From the NCBI GenBank assembly GCA_963742075.1, contig CAVUKR010000002.1:8057-72056 (forward strand): DNA of 64,000 nt. Direction: 5' to 3'. Under the pieces are notes generated by a model, which was given only the letters and a program-made list of their open reading frames with translations, made no database searches and had not been told where the DNA came from. The stretch's first letter is position 1; each line of letters begins with the position of its first letter. A program made the position numbers and the translations under genes. Source of the stretch: an uncultured Chloroflexia bacterium. GTDB lineage: Bacteria > Chloroflexota > Limnocylindria > Limnocylindrales > CSP1-4. Of the stretch, positions 9,078-19,069 are shown one piece after another.

Positions 9078-10708
9078 GTGGCGCAGCGACGCACCGTCTC
9101 GCAACCGGGGGACGACTCCGGCAGTGCCCTCGACCGAGCCTTTTGGCTCGTGGTCGGGCTGGCGGCCGTGCTGGTCGTCGTGATGCTCGCCGGCCTCGCT
9201 CTGGGCGGTCGCCCGTCGAATGCGCCGGGCGTGGCCGGCGGCTCGCCGTCATCCCCGTCGGGCTCGCCGCCGATCGACGTCGGGTCGTACCTCGATCCCG
9301 TCGCGCGCGAGGCCGCGCCGATCGAGCTCACCGATCCGACCGACCGCCCGTTCTCGCTCGCATCGCTCCGCGGGGCGCCGACATTCGTGTTCTTCGGCTA
9401 CACCCACTGTCCCGATGTCTGCCCGGCCACCATCGGCACGATCGGGCTCGCGATGGAGGCCTACGGCTCCGGCCCGCGGGCGGTCTTCGTCAGCGTGGAC
9501 CCCGAGCGCGACACGACGACGTGGCTGCGCGAGTACGTCCGCTACCTGCCTGCCGGGTTCACCGCCCTGACCGGGACGGCGGCCCGGATCCGCTCGACCG
9601 CTGACGCGTGGCATGTCCAGTACGCCAAGGTCGAGACCGGGGTCGCCGGCGCCTATGCGATGTCGCATACCGCGGATGTCTTCCTGGTCGACGCGGCCGG
9701 GATGCTCCGGGCGAGCTTCCCGTTCGGGACGTCATCCGAGGCGATGACCGCGGTGCTGCGCGCGGTCGTCGCGACCCCCCTCGCGACGGAGGCCCCGACG
9801 TCGCGTCCGGTCCCATCGGCCACGCCCATGTCCGAGACGCCCGCGGCGACACCCGTCGCGACGGCCAGCGGGCCGGCCCGCCGCGCCGGGCCTCGGGGTG
9901 GCGGTCGTCTCGAGCGCGGTCTGGGCATCGGCCCCGGGCCCCGTGATCCTGCGCCTGTCCGCCGACGGAGCCGCCGTCGACGACACGACGCTCCGTCCGA
10001 CCGTCCAGCTCGTCTCCGCGGCCGGTGACGGCATCGGTGGACCGGTGACGGCCACGGCGGTCCGGCCACCGGGCGTCGATGACGTCTCCTACGTCGCCAC
10101 CCTCGCGATCCCGACCCCCGGCACGTGGCGGCTCGAGGTCACCGCGCCGCTCGCCGGCGTGAGCCCGGACCGGGTCCGCCTCGATCACGGCCCTCGACCC
10201 CGGAGCGACGGCGGCCCTCGGTGCTCCGGCGCCGGCCGTCCGGACGCCGACCCTCACCGACGTCGGCGGTGTCGCCCGCGCGGTGACGACCGATCCGGCC
10301 CCGGACCTGCGGCTGTCGGGGACCTCGACTGTCGACGCGCTCGCCGCACACCAGCCGTTCGTGCTCGTGATCGACTCGAGCCGCTTCCGCGTCTCGCCGG
10401 TCTGCGGGCGGGCGATCATCATGGCCCGCTACCTGCTCGATCGGTGGCGCGACGTCGCCTTCATCCACCTCGAGCCGTACCGCTACCGGGTCATCGAGGA
10501 CACCGCGGTCCTCGACGGCACGCTCGATGCGCCGACGTTGACCGACCCTGCCGCCGCCTGGGGCATCGGGGGCGCGCCGTGGGGCGCTCGCTCGATGCCG
10601 TGGACCTTCGTGGTCGATGGCGACGGCATCGTCCGCGCCAAGTACCAGGGCGTGACCGGCACCGAGGACGTCGACGTCATGCTCGCCCTCATCGTGGCCG
10701 GCGGCTGA
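9078..10708 (+). pseudogene. SCO1/SenC copper thiol-disulfide protein, apparently fused to an Ig-like domain and a thioredoxin-like domain; read in three frames (shifts near 9880 and 10183)
   Basis: GTG at 9078, 1 nt after the PCuAC stop. TM helix, then FVFFGYTHCPDVCP (SCO1 CxxxC). Coding signal continues as PGLGVAVVSSAVWASAPGPVILRLSADG...TWRLEVTAPLAGVSPDRVRL (frame of ORF 9898). It then continues as TALDPGATAALGAPAP...FVLVIDSSRFRVSPVCGRAI...FVVDGDGIVRAKYQG (frame of ORF 10283). The fragments could alternatively be separate genes. Confidence 0.6.
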
Positions 10709-10799
10709 GCCGAGTCTCCCGGTCTTGGGCGTCGTTCGGCCCACCGATTCAGGCCGATGGTCACCTCCCACCCGGTCGGGCGCCCGCCACCATCGGGTC

Positions 10800-12156
10800 A
10801 TGGATACCCTGCCGCAGGTTGACCTGCCCACCCCCGATCCCGTCGAGAGCGCCCTCACCCGTCGCGGGTTCCTGCGCGGTGCCGCACTGGCCGGCGGCGG
10901 CCTCATGGCCGTCGGCCTGGCCGCCTGCGCGCCGGCTGCCGCGCCGCCCTGGACCTTCGGCCCGACGCTTCCGAACCCCACGGCGGCTCCGAGCGCAAGC
11001 GCCGTTGCGGCTGCCAGCGCCGGTCCGTCCGCGTCTGCAGCTCCGAGTCACGACATGTCGGCCAGCCCGACGCCGGCCGCTTCCGGTTCGGCTGCCCCGA
11101 GCGGCCCGATCCCGGCAGGCTGGAGCGAGCACGACGTCGCCGCCCGCGACGTCGTCCGCCGCTATCTCGGCAACCTCGTCCCTGCGCTCAAGGACATCTA
11201 CGGCCCGATCGCGTTCGCCAAGCTCGCCACGATCCTCGGCGCCGCCGACGCCTATCCGCAGCTGACGCAGAAGCCGGCCTTCGCCCAGGTCCCGAACCTG
11301 TTCCTGACCGACGCCGTGAAGCCGCTCAAGCCCGAGCTCGTCGGCGACGTCAAGGTCTTCCGGCTCACCATCGACGAGATCGAGCAGCATATCGATGAGC
11401 TCCAGCCGCCGATCGCCGCACTCGGCTACAACGGCCAGTGGCCGGGTCCGACCATCCGGGTCAACCAGGGCGACAAGGTCCGCGCGATCTTCACCAACAA
11501 CCTCAAGGAGACGACCAGCGTCCACTTCCACGGCGTCGAATTCGACGACTTCTTCCAGGACGGCGTCCCGTTCGTCAACCAGCTCCCGATCACACCGGGC
11601 GAGACCTACACCTACGAGTTCACGGCGAGCCAACGCCGGCTCGCTGATGTACCACTCGCATCACAACGCGACCGACCAGGTCGGGCGCGGGCTGCTGGGG
11701 GCGTTCATCGTCGATCCGACGCCGGACCCGATGAAGTTCGACCGCGAGTACACCTGGATCTCGAACGACGCCCTCGGCGGGTTCACGATCAACGGCCACG
11801 GCTTCCCGGCCACCGTGCCGGTCCTCGCCGCCGTCGGTGAGACGGTCCGCGTCCGGTTCATGAACGAGGGGATCATGATGCACCCATGGCATCTCCACGG
11901 GATGCCGATGCGGGTGGTCGCTCGTGACGGCTGGGCGCTCGGCAGCGCCGCGTTCACTGCCGACACCCTCGGGGTCAACCCCGGCGAACGCTACGACGTG
12001 CTGATCGACGCCAAGACCCTCGGCGTATGGCCGTTCCACTGTCACATCCTGCCGCACGCCGAAGGCGCCAACGGGATGTTCGGCATGGTCAACACCCTCG
12101 TCGTCGTCCCGCAGAAGGCCGACGTCGACGCGATCGTGGGGGCCATCCTCGCCTGA
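10800..12156 (+). pseudogene. Tat-exported two-domain multicopper oxidase (small-laccase-like); one frameshift near 11634
   Basis: ATG at 10800. Twin-arginine signal TRRGFLRGAALAGG. Cu ligand motifs SVHFHG, then after the shift MYHSHHN, HPWHLHG and HCHILPHAEGANGM. Confidence 0.8.
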
Positions 12157-12169
12157 GCGGAGCCGCTCA
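12154..12169. terminator. Hairpin spanning both stop codons of the convergent MCO and pobA genes
   Basis: TGAGCGG-AG-CCGCTCA is a perfect 7-bp inverted repeat. TGA (12154-12156) and TCA (12167-12169) are the two stops. Confidence 0.3.
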
Positions 12170-13348
12170 GGCGAACGGCAGCCCGACGTAGTTCTCGGCG
12201 AGGCTCCGCGACGCCGCGGTCGAACGCACGAGCCAGTCGAGCTCCGCGTGTCGGAGACGGAGGCCGAAGCCGTCCTCGCCCGGGAGGACGTGCGTGATGG
12301 AGCTCATGTACCACGAGAAGTCCTGGACCCGCCAGACCCGGGTGAGACAGCGGGCCGAGTAACCGTCGAGGAGATCCATTCGACCGGTCTCGTACCAGGC
12401 CGCGATCCCCTCGGCCAGCGCGTTGACGTCGCTGACGGCCAGGTTCAGGCCCTTCGCCCCGGTCGCCGGCACGATGTGCGCCGCATCGCCGGCGAGGTAC
12501 AGCCGGCCGAACTGCATCGGCTCCGCGACGAACCCGCGCATCGGCGCGATCGAGCGGTCGATGATCGGGCCGTCCGCGAGCTCCCAGTCGGCGTCGGTCG
12601 CCATCCGGGTCCGCAGCTCGGTCCAGATCCGGTCGTCCGGCCAGGCGGCCAGGTCGTCGCCGTTGGAGACCTGCAGGTACAGCCGGGAGATCGTCGGGGA
12701 ACGCATGCTGAGCAGGGCGAACCCACGCTCGTGCGCCGAGTAGACGAGCTCGTCGGAGGCGGGGCGGGCCTCGGCCAGGATGCCCAGCCACGAGAACGGG
12801 TACTCGCGCTCGTAGGTCGTGATGGCGCCCGACGGGATGGCCGATCGCGACACGCCGTGGAACCCGTCGCAGCCTGCGACGAAGTCGCAGCGCAGCACCC
12901 GCTCGTGCCCGGCCGAGCGGTAGCGGATGGTCGGCTGGTCGCTCGCGAGGTCGTCGAGCCGGACGTCGTCGACCTCGAACGCGATGGGCCCGCCGGCCGC
13001 CAGCCGCGCGGTGATCAGGTCCTTGACCACCTCTTGTTGCCCGTAGATCGTGATCGCCCGGCCGTCGGTCAGGTCGCTCAAGGGGATGCGGTGGTCGCGT
13101 CGGTCGAATCGGATCCCGATGCCATGGTGGACGAGGCCCTCGCGCCTCATCCGCTCGCCGAGGCCGATCTCGTTGAGCAGATCGACCGTGCCCTGCTCGA
13201 GGACGCCGGCCCGCACGCGGTGCTCGACATACGAGCGATCGCGGTCCTCGAGCACGACCGACTCGATCCCGGCCCGTGCCAGGAGGTGCGACAGGAGCAG
13301 GCCGGCCGGACCCGCCCCGACGATCCCGACCTGGGTCCGGTCGGTCAT
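12167..13348 (-). CDS. pobA: 4-hydroxybenzoate 3-monooxygenase
   Basis: MTDRTQVGIVGAGPAGLLLSHLL (FAD fold), CDFVAGCDGFHGVSR, LYLAGDAAHIVPATGAKGLNLAVSDV. Internal ATG at 13348. Confidence 0.9.
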   Translation of the reverse strand: MTDRTQVGIVGAGPAGLLLSHLLARAGIESVVLEDRDRSYVEHRVRAGVLEQGTVDLLNEIGLGERMRREGLVHHGIGIRFDRRDHRIPLSDLTDGRAITIYGQQEVVKDLITARLAAGGPIAFEVDDVRLDDLASDQPTIRYRSAGHERVLRCDFVAGCDGFHGVSRSAIPSGAITTYEREYPFSWLGILAEARPASDELVYSAHERGFALLSMRSPTISRLYLQVSNGDDLAAWPDDRIWTELRTRMATDADWELADGPIIDRSIAPMRGFVAEPMQFGRLYLAGDAAHIVPATGAKGLNLAVSDVNALAEGIAAWYETGRMDLLDGYSARCLTRVWRVQDFSWYMSSITHVLPGEDGFGLRLRHAELDWLVRSTAASRSLAENYVGLPFA

Positions 13349-13356
13349 GCCGGCCT

Positions 13357-14463
13357 TCAGCCCCAGACGTCCCGGGCGACGTCGCCGAGGAGCTGGAGTT
13401 TGGCCCGCTGGTCCTCGAATGTGACGAGGTTGCCCGGCAACGTCGAGGCGAATCCACACTGCGGGGAGAGGCCCAGTCGGTCGAGCGGGATGAAGCCGGC
13501 GGCCTCGTCGATCCGCGCCTTGAGATCAGCGGCGTGCTCCAGCTCCGGTTCCTTCGTGGTGATCAGACCGAGCACGACCGTCTTGTCGGCGGGGACGAAC
13601 CGCAGTGGTGCGAAGGTCCCGGCTCGAGGTGAGTCGTACTCGGCGAGGATCCGGTCGCACGCGAGGTCGTTGAACAGCTGCTCGGCGATGGTGTCGTAGC
13701 CACCCTCGACCGACCACATGCTTCGATGGTTGCCGCGGCACAGGTGGACCGAGAAGGTGACCTGCGGGAAGGCCGACATGAGCGCGTTGTCCATCGCGAT
13801 CATCTCGCCGAGCCACGTGGCCGGATCGAGTCCCACCTTGCGCAGGTTCTCGCGGCCCTCCTCGCTGACCATGTGGGTGTAGCGCGGGGAATCGAGTTGG
13901 ACGTAGTCCGCCCCGGCATCGACGACCTCGCGGACGATGTCGGTCATCAGGCGGAGCGCCTCCGCCATGTACACGTCCCGGTCCGGGTATACCGAGTCGG
14001 AATAGCCGGGGACCCACAGCACGCTCGCGTAGGTCATCCCGGCGATCGTCGTCTTGGTCGGCGTCGTGGAATGCGCATGCACGAATTCGTATTCGCGCAG
14101 GGACAGGTTCTGCCGCCGGCCGAGCGGCTCGGTGACCGCCGGCAGCATCGGCGGCGGTCCTGACGGCTGGTCGCCGCCGCGCGTGAACGGCACGGGCGCC
14201 GGCACCTCCGGGTTGTAGCCGGTCAGGCTCGCGGTGAGCGGATCGAACCAGAACTTGCGCCGAACCTCGCCATCGGTGATGACGTCGATGCCGCATGATT
14301 CCTGGAGCTCGATCGCCTCGAGACCGGCGCGATCCTGGACGGCGGTCAGCTCCGCCTCGGACAGCTCGCCGCGGTCGAACCGCTCGAACGCGTCCTTCAG
14401 GTAGCCGGGTCGCAGCAGGCTGCCGACGACCTCCGACCGATACGCCAGCGGGGTCTTGCCCAT
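13357..14463 (-). CDS. MetE C-terminal-domain-like (cobalamin-independent methionine synthase family) Zn methyltransferase
   Basis: 368 aa. Zn-ligand-like motifs HLCRGNH and LSPQCGFAS, and a YVQLDSP block. It sits inside the pca/pob operon with 8-nt and 24-nt spacers to its neighbours. Confidence 0.75.
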   Translation of the reverse strand: MGKTPLAYRSEVVGSLLRPGYLKDAFERFDRGELSEAELTAVQDRAGLEAIELQESCGIDVITDGEVRRKFWFDPLTASLTGYNPEVPAPVPFTRGGDQPSGPPPMLPAVTEPLGRRQNLSLREYEFVHAHSTTPTKTTIAGMTYASVLWVPGYSDSVYPDRDVYMAEALRLMTDIVREVVDAGADYVQLDSPRYTHMVSEEGRENLRKVGLDPATWLGEMIAMDNALMSAFPQVTFSVHLCRGNHRSMWSVEGGYDTIAEQLFNDLACDRILAEYDSPRAGTFAPLRFVPADKTVVLGLITTKEPELEHAADLKARIDEAAGFIPLDRLGLSPQCGFASTLPGNLVTFEDQRAKLQLLGDVARDVWG

Positions 14464-14487
14464 GGGATCGCCTCCGTCCTCGTTGCC

Positions 14488-15963
14488 CTAGAACGGGTAG
14501 TCGGGCAATTCGCCGCGAATCGTCACCCATTGGGTCTGGGTGAACGCGTCGATGTTGGCCTGTGCGCCGCCGAGACGTGCGCCCGGCCCGGACGACTTGA
14601 CCCCGCCGAACGGGTTGACGACCTCGTCGCTGATCGTCTGGTCGTTGATGTGGACGATCCCGATCGGCATCCGGTCGGCGATCGCGAGGCCCTTCATGAC
14701 ATCGCGGGTCAGGATGCCCACCGACAGCCCGTAGTCGGTGTCGCAGGCGAGGCGGACCGCCTCGTCGATGCTGTCGAAGGCGACGACCGGCGCGACCGGG
14801 CCGAAGATCTCCTCGACGTAGGCCGGCAAATCGAGCGGGACGTCGGCCAGGACGGTCGGCCGGTAGAACAGCCCGTCGAACGTCCCGCCGGCGACGAGCG
14901 TGGCGCCCGCGTCGACGGTCGAGGTCACCAGCCCGTGGACCCGGTCGCGCTGCTTCGCGTCGATGATCGGCCCGAGCGCGACCGTCCCGCTCATCGGGTC
15001 GCCGACCGGCAGGTGGTTCGCGTGCTCGGCCAGCTTCGCCACGTACTTGTCCACGATGCCCCGGGCGACGATGTGGCGGCCGGTCGTCATGCACACCTGG
15101 CCCTGGTAGAGGTACGAGCCCCAGGCCCCGACCGAGACGGCCTTGTCGAGGTCGACGTCGTCGAGGACGATCATCGCGTTGTTGCCGCCGAGCTCGAGGT
15201 GGACCCGCTTGAGGCCCTCGGCCGCGGCCTGCGCCACGGCGCGACCGCCACGCGTCGACCCGGTGAACGAGACCATGTCGACGTTCTTCTCCCGGACGAG
15301 CGCCTCGCCGATGTCGGCGCCGCCGGGCAGGACGTGGAAGAGGCCCTCGGGGAGGCCCGCCTCCTCGAAGATGCGCGCCAGCGTCACGCCACCGGAGACG
15401 GCCGTGCGCGGATCGGGCTTGAGCAGGACGGCATTGCCGAGGGCGAGGGCCGGCGCCACCGCGCGGATCGACAGGATCAGCGGGAAGTTGAACGGCGAGA
15501 TCACGCCGACGACGCCGACCGGCAGCCGGCGCGACATGCTGAGCAGCGGGTCGCGCGTCCGGAGCAGCTCGCCGTACGGCAGCGAGACCAGGCCCGCCGA
15601 TTCGTAACAGGTGCTCGCCGCGAACCAGGTCTCGAGCTGGCCTTTGGGGAGGATCGCGCCCGTCTCGCGCATGATCCAGCCCTGGACGGCCTCGCCGTGC
15701 TCGTTCCACAGGTCGCCGGCCCGGCGCAGGATGGCGGCCCGTTCCTGGTAGCCCGTCGCCGCCCAGGCGACCTGTGCCTCCTTGGCCCGTGCCGCGGCGC
15801 GAGCGACATCCGCTGCCGTGGCGAAGCCGATCCGACCGAGTTCGTCGCCGGTCGCGGGCTCCATCACCGCGTGCTCTTCGCCGCCGCCCTTCGTCCAGCC
15901 GTCGAGGTAGATGCGACCGGTCCAGGTGCTGCTGTCCATGAAGGTGCTGTCGATGACCGTCAT
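14488..15963 (-). CDS. NAD(P)-dependent aromatic aldehyde dehydrogenase (benzaldehyde/vanillin dehydrogenase-like)
   Basis: ATG at 15963 overlaps the pcaC stop (ATGA). Catalytic motifs VHLELGGNNA and YQGQVCMTTGR, plus FTGSTRGG. Confidence 0.88.
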   Translation of the reverse strand: MTVIDSTFMDSSTWTGRIYLDGWTKGGGEEHAVMEPATGDELGRIGFATAADVARAAARAKEAQVAWAATGYQERAAILRRAGDLWNEHGEAVQGWIMRETGAILPKGQLETWFAASTCYESAGLVSLPYGELLRTRDPLLSMSRRLPVGVVGVISPFNFPLILSIRAVAPALALGNAVLLKPDPRTAVSGGVTLARIFEEAGLPEGLFHVLPGGADIGEALVREKNVDMVSFTGSTRGGRAVAQAAAEGLKRVHLELGGNNAMIVLDDVDLDKAVSVGAWGSYLYQGQVCMTTGRHIVARGIVDKYVAKLAEHANHLPVGDPMSGTVALGPIIDAKQRDRVHGLVTSTVDAGATLVAGGTFDGLFYRPTVLADVPLDLPAYVEEIFGPVAPVVAFDSIDEAVRLACDTDYGLSVGILTRDVMKGLAIADRMPIGIVHINDQTISDEVVNPFGGVKSSGPGARLGGAQANIDAFTQTQWVTIRGELPDYPF

Positions 15964-16376
15964 GCCGGTTCCTCCTTCGTGCTGCCTTGCTGGTCCGTGT
16001 CGTCGATCGAGCGGAGCGTGCGGGTCGCGATCGCCATCGCCGCGTTCGCCGCCGGGACGCCGGCGTAGACCGCGCTGTGCAGGAGCACCTCGCCGATCTC
16101 GTCGGGGCTGAGGCCGTTGCGCAGCGCGGCGCGCACGTGCATCCCGATCTCGCCCTCGGCGCGGAGCGCGGTGAGGATCGCCAGGGTGATCGCGGAACGC
16201 GTCCGACGGTCGAGGCCCGGTCGTGCCCAGATGTCGCCCCAGGCGGTTCGCGTGATGAAGTCCCCGAATGGCTCGCTGAAGGGCGTCATCTCGGCGTTCG
16301 CCCGGTCCACATGGTCGTCGCCGAGGACCTCGCGCCGGATCCGCGTGCCCGTCTCGCGCCGCTGGTCGTCGTTCAT
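15960..16376 (-). CDS. pcaC: 4-carboxymuconolactone decarboxylase
   Basis: MNDDQRRETGTRIRREVLGDDHVDR...RTRSAITLAILTALRAEGEIGMHVRAALRNGLSPDEIGEVLLHSAVYAGVPAA is the CMD family. Confidence 0.88.
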   Translation of the reverse strand: MNDDQRRETGTRIRREVLGDDHVDRANAEMTPFSEPFGDFITRTAWGDIWARPGLDRRTRSAITLAILTALRAEGEIGMHVRAALRNGLSPDEIGEVLLHSAVYAGVPAANAAMAIATRTLRSIDDTDQQGSTKEEPA

Positions 16377-17164
16377 GCGGTGTCCTCCAGGGGCTCGAGG
16401 TTGCCGAGGTGGTCGAGGACCAGGCGCGTGACGGCCGCGGGCTGCTCGACGTTGACGAGGTGGGCCGCATCCGCGACGACGGCGAGCCGCGCGTCGGCGA
16501 TCCCCGCGACGATCCGCTCCGCGTGCTCGACGGGGGTAGCCACGTCGTCGGCGCCCACGACGACCAGGGTCGGGGCCGCGATCGAGGCGAGGTCGCCGGT
16601 CAGGTCCATCCGCTCGATGGCCCGACAGCAGCCCGCATAGCCGACCGCCGAGCACGACGCGATCATCGCCCGCATCCGCTTCACCACCTCCGGGTGCCCG
16701 GCAGCATACGCGGGCGTGAACCAACGGCCGACGACCAGGTCGGCGACGGCGCCGACATCCTTGGCGACGACCGTCTCCGCGCGGGTCGCCCACATCTCGG
16801 GCGGCCCGAGGCGCGCCGACGTCGCGCACAGCACGAGCCGGTCGATCCGGTCCGGGGCGTGGGCGGCCACCCACATCGCGACCATCGCGCCGAGCGACAG
16901 GCCGCACACGCTGGCCCGCTCGACGTCGAGGTCGTCAAGCAGCGCGAGGAGGTCGCCGCCGAGGTCGGCGATCGTGTATGGGCCGTCGGGCGCCGGAGAG
17001 CCGCCGTGGCCGCGCAGGTCGTAGCGCACGACCCGGGACGTGCGGGCGAGCTCCGCCACCTGCGGATCCCACATGGCGAGCGTGCTCCCGAGCGAGTTCG
17101 CCAGCACGACGACGGGCCCGTCCGACGGCCCGCTGACCTCGCGATGGACACGGACCGGGCTCAC
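16373..17164 (-). CDS. pcaD: 3-oxoadipate enol-lactonase (alpha/beta hydrolase)
   Basis: GTG at 17164 overlaps the pcaB stop (GTGA). VVVLANSLGSTLAMWDPQV, nucleophile elbow GLSLGAM. Confidence 0.85.
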   Translation of the reverse strand: MSPVRVHREVSGPSDGPVVVLANSLGSTLAMWDPQVAELARTSRVVRYDLRGHGGSPAPDGPYTIADLGGDLLALLDDLDVERASVCGLSLGAMVAMWVAAHAPDRIDRLVLCATSARLGPPEMWATRAETVVAKDVGAVADLVVGRWFTPAYAAGHPEVVKRMRAMIASCSAVGYAGCCRAIERMDLTGDLASIAAPTLVVVGADDVATPVEHAERIVAGIADARLAVVADAAHLVNVEQPAAVTRLVLDHLGNLEPLEDTA

Positions 17165-18522
17165 GCCCCCGACCCTCGTCGCGTGGCGTGCGCCGCGAGC
17201 GCCCGGTCCACGAAGACCTCGACGCTGCCCAGGTAGGTGTCCGGGTCGAGCAGGGCAGCGATCGCGGCGGGGTCCAGCCGGTCCGCGATGGCCGGGGTGG
17301 CGGCCAGCACGTCGGCCATTGACCGGCCCGTCGCGTCCGACTCGGCGACGGCGCGAGCGACGGCGTCGTGCGCGGCGACCCGACCGAGCCCCGACGCGAG
17401 CGCGAGCGCGACCCGTTCGGCGAGGATCCCCCCGCCGGCCCGCTCGAGATTCGCGCGCATCCGGGCCCCGTCCACCTCGAGGTGGTCGAGGGCATCGGTC
17501 AGCCACGCGGCCGCCGACCCGACGGAGCGGAGGAGCTCGGACAGGGGCCGCCACTCCGTATGCCAGGCCCCGGCCGCTCGCTCGTGCTCGCCGCCGCCGG
17601 CCGCGAACAGCAGCGTGGCGACCAGCCCGGGCGCCTGCGCGGCACAGGCCCGTGCGGCGACGGCCGCGACGGGGTTGCGCTTGTGCGGGAGCGTCGACGA
17701 TCCGCCGCGGCCCGGGGTCGCGTCGCGGACCTCGCCGACCTCGGTCTGGGCGAGCAGGACGAGGTCGAGGGCCGGCTTGGCGACGGCCGCCGCGCACGAC
17801 CCGAGCGCGCCCGCAAGATCCGCGATCCGCGTCCGCTCGGTGTGCCACGGCCCGATCGGTTCTGCCAGGCCAAGATCTTCGGCCATTGCGCGGGCGACCG
17901 CCGGCCCGTCCGTCCCGAATGCCGCGAGCGTGCCTGACGCCCCACCGAGCTGGATCGCCAGCCGGTCGCGCCTGACCGCGGCCAGCCGCTCGGCGGCCGC
18001 GTCCAGGCCGGTCAGCCAGGCCGCCGCCTTGGCGCCGAACGTCGTCGGGGTCGCCTGCTGCAGCAGGGTCCGGCCGGCCATCACGGTCCCGCGATGCGCG
18101 TCCGCGAGCCCGGCTGCCGCGTCGCTCGCGCCGTCGAGGTCCGCGAGGATGGCGGCGCTCGCCCGCGAGGCGACCAGCATCGCGGCCGTGTCGAGGATGT
18201 CCTGGCTTGTGGCCCCCCGGTGGACGTCGGCCGAGGCGGGCCCCCCGACGAGGGCCGTCAGCGCGGCCACGAGTGGCACGACCGGGTTGCCGCTGTCTGC
18301 CGCCGCTCGGCCGAGCGCCGCGACGTCGAACCGCCCGTCGCGACAGGCGCGCTCGATCGCCTCGGCGTGGGCGGGCGGGATCACCCTGGCGTGCGCGAGG
18401 GCGCGGGCGAGGGCGGCCTCGACCTCGAGCATCGCCCGGAGCCACGCCTCGTCGGAGACGGCCGCGGCAGCGGCGCCGCGGGCCAGGACCCCGTCGAACA
18501 GTCCGCCACCGGCGTCAGACAT
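17161..18522 (-). CDS. pcaB: 3-carboxy-cis,cis-muconate cycloisomerase
   Basis: Fumarate-lyase superfamily signature GSSTLPHKRNPV, plus VHRGATSQDILDTA. ATG at 18522. Confidence 0.88.
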   Translation of the reverse strand: MSDAGGGLFDGVLARGAAAAAVSDEAWLRAMLEVEAALARALAHARVIPPAHAEAIERACRDGRFDVAALGRAAADSGNPVVPLVAALTALVGGPASADVHRGATSQDILDTAAMLVASRASAAILADLDGASDAAAGLADAHRGTVMAGRTLLQQATPTTFGAKAAAWLTGLDAAAERLAAVRRDRLAIQLGGASGTLAAFGTDGPAVARAMAEDLGLAEPIGPWHTERTRIADLAGALGSCAAAVAKPALDLVLLAQTEVGEVRDATPGRGGSSTLPHKRNPVAAVAARACAAQAPGLVATLLFAAGGGEHERAAGAWHTEWRPLSELLRSVGSAAAWLTDALDHLEVDGARMRANLERAGGGILAERVALALASGLGRVAAHDAVARAVAESDATGRSMADVLAATPAIADRLDPAAIAALLDPDTYLGSVEVFVDRALAAHATRRGSGA

Positions 18523-19069
18523 CGAAGAACACCGTCTCGCCTTCCCCCTGGAGGACGATGTCGAACCGGTAGCCGTCAGCGGTCCGCTCCGCGACGAGCG
18601 TCGCACGGCGGGCCGGATCGGCGATCGAGCCGAGCACCGCGTCGGCGGCATTGGCGGCGGCCTCGTCATCGAAGTAGCAGCGGGTCACGAGCGCCTTGAG
18701 CAGGCCGCGGGCGAGGACGGTCACGTCGATGTGCGGCGCCTGCGGCGCGCCGTCGGGCCCCGCGACGATACCGGGCTTGCGGGTGAGGATCGCGAACCGG
18801 CCGTCGGCGTCGGTCAGGCACCGGCCGAAGCCGCGGAACGCAGTCGACCCCTCGCCGTCCGCCGGGTGGGCGAACCGGCCGTCCGGGTCCGCCTGCCACG
18901 TCTCGATGGCCCCGTCCGGGACGGCCTCCCCGGACCCGTCGGTCAGGCGGCCGCGGATCCAGATCGCGTCGTCGGTCCCGGCCGGCACGACGTACGGGCC
19001 GTCGGACCAGATCAGGCCGATCGACAGGTACGGCCCGGCGGTCTGGGACGGCGTCCGCGGCAGGCTCAT
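18515..19069 (-). CDS. pcaG: protocatechuate 3,4-dioxygenase, alpha subunit
   Basis: MSLPRTPSQTAGPYLSIG...PHIDVTVLARGLLKALVTRCYFDDE. ATG at 19069 overlaps the pcaH stop. Confidence 0.88.
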   Translation of the reverse strand: MSLPRTPSQTAGPYLSIGLIWSDGPYVVPAGTDDAIWIRGRLTDGSGEAVPDGAIETWQADPDGRFAHPADGEGSTAFRGFGRCLTDADGRFAILTRKPGIVAGPDGAPQAPHIDVTVLARGLLKALVTRCYFDDEAAANAADAVLGSIADPARRATLVAERTADGYRFDIVLQGEGETVFFDV

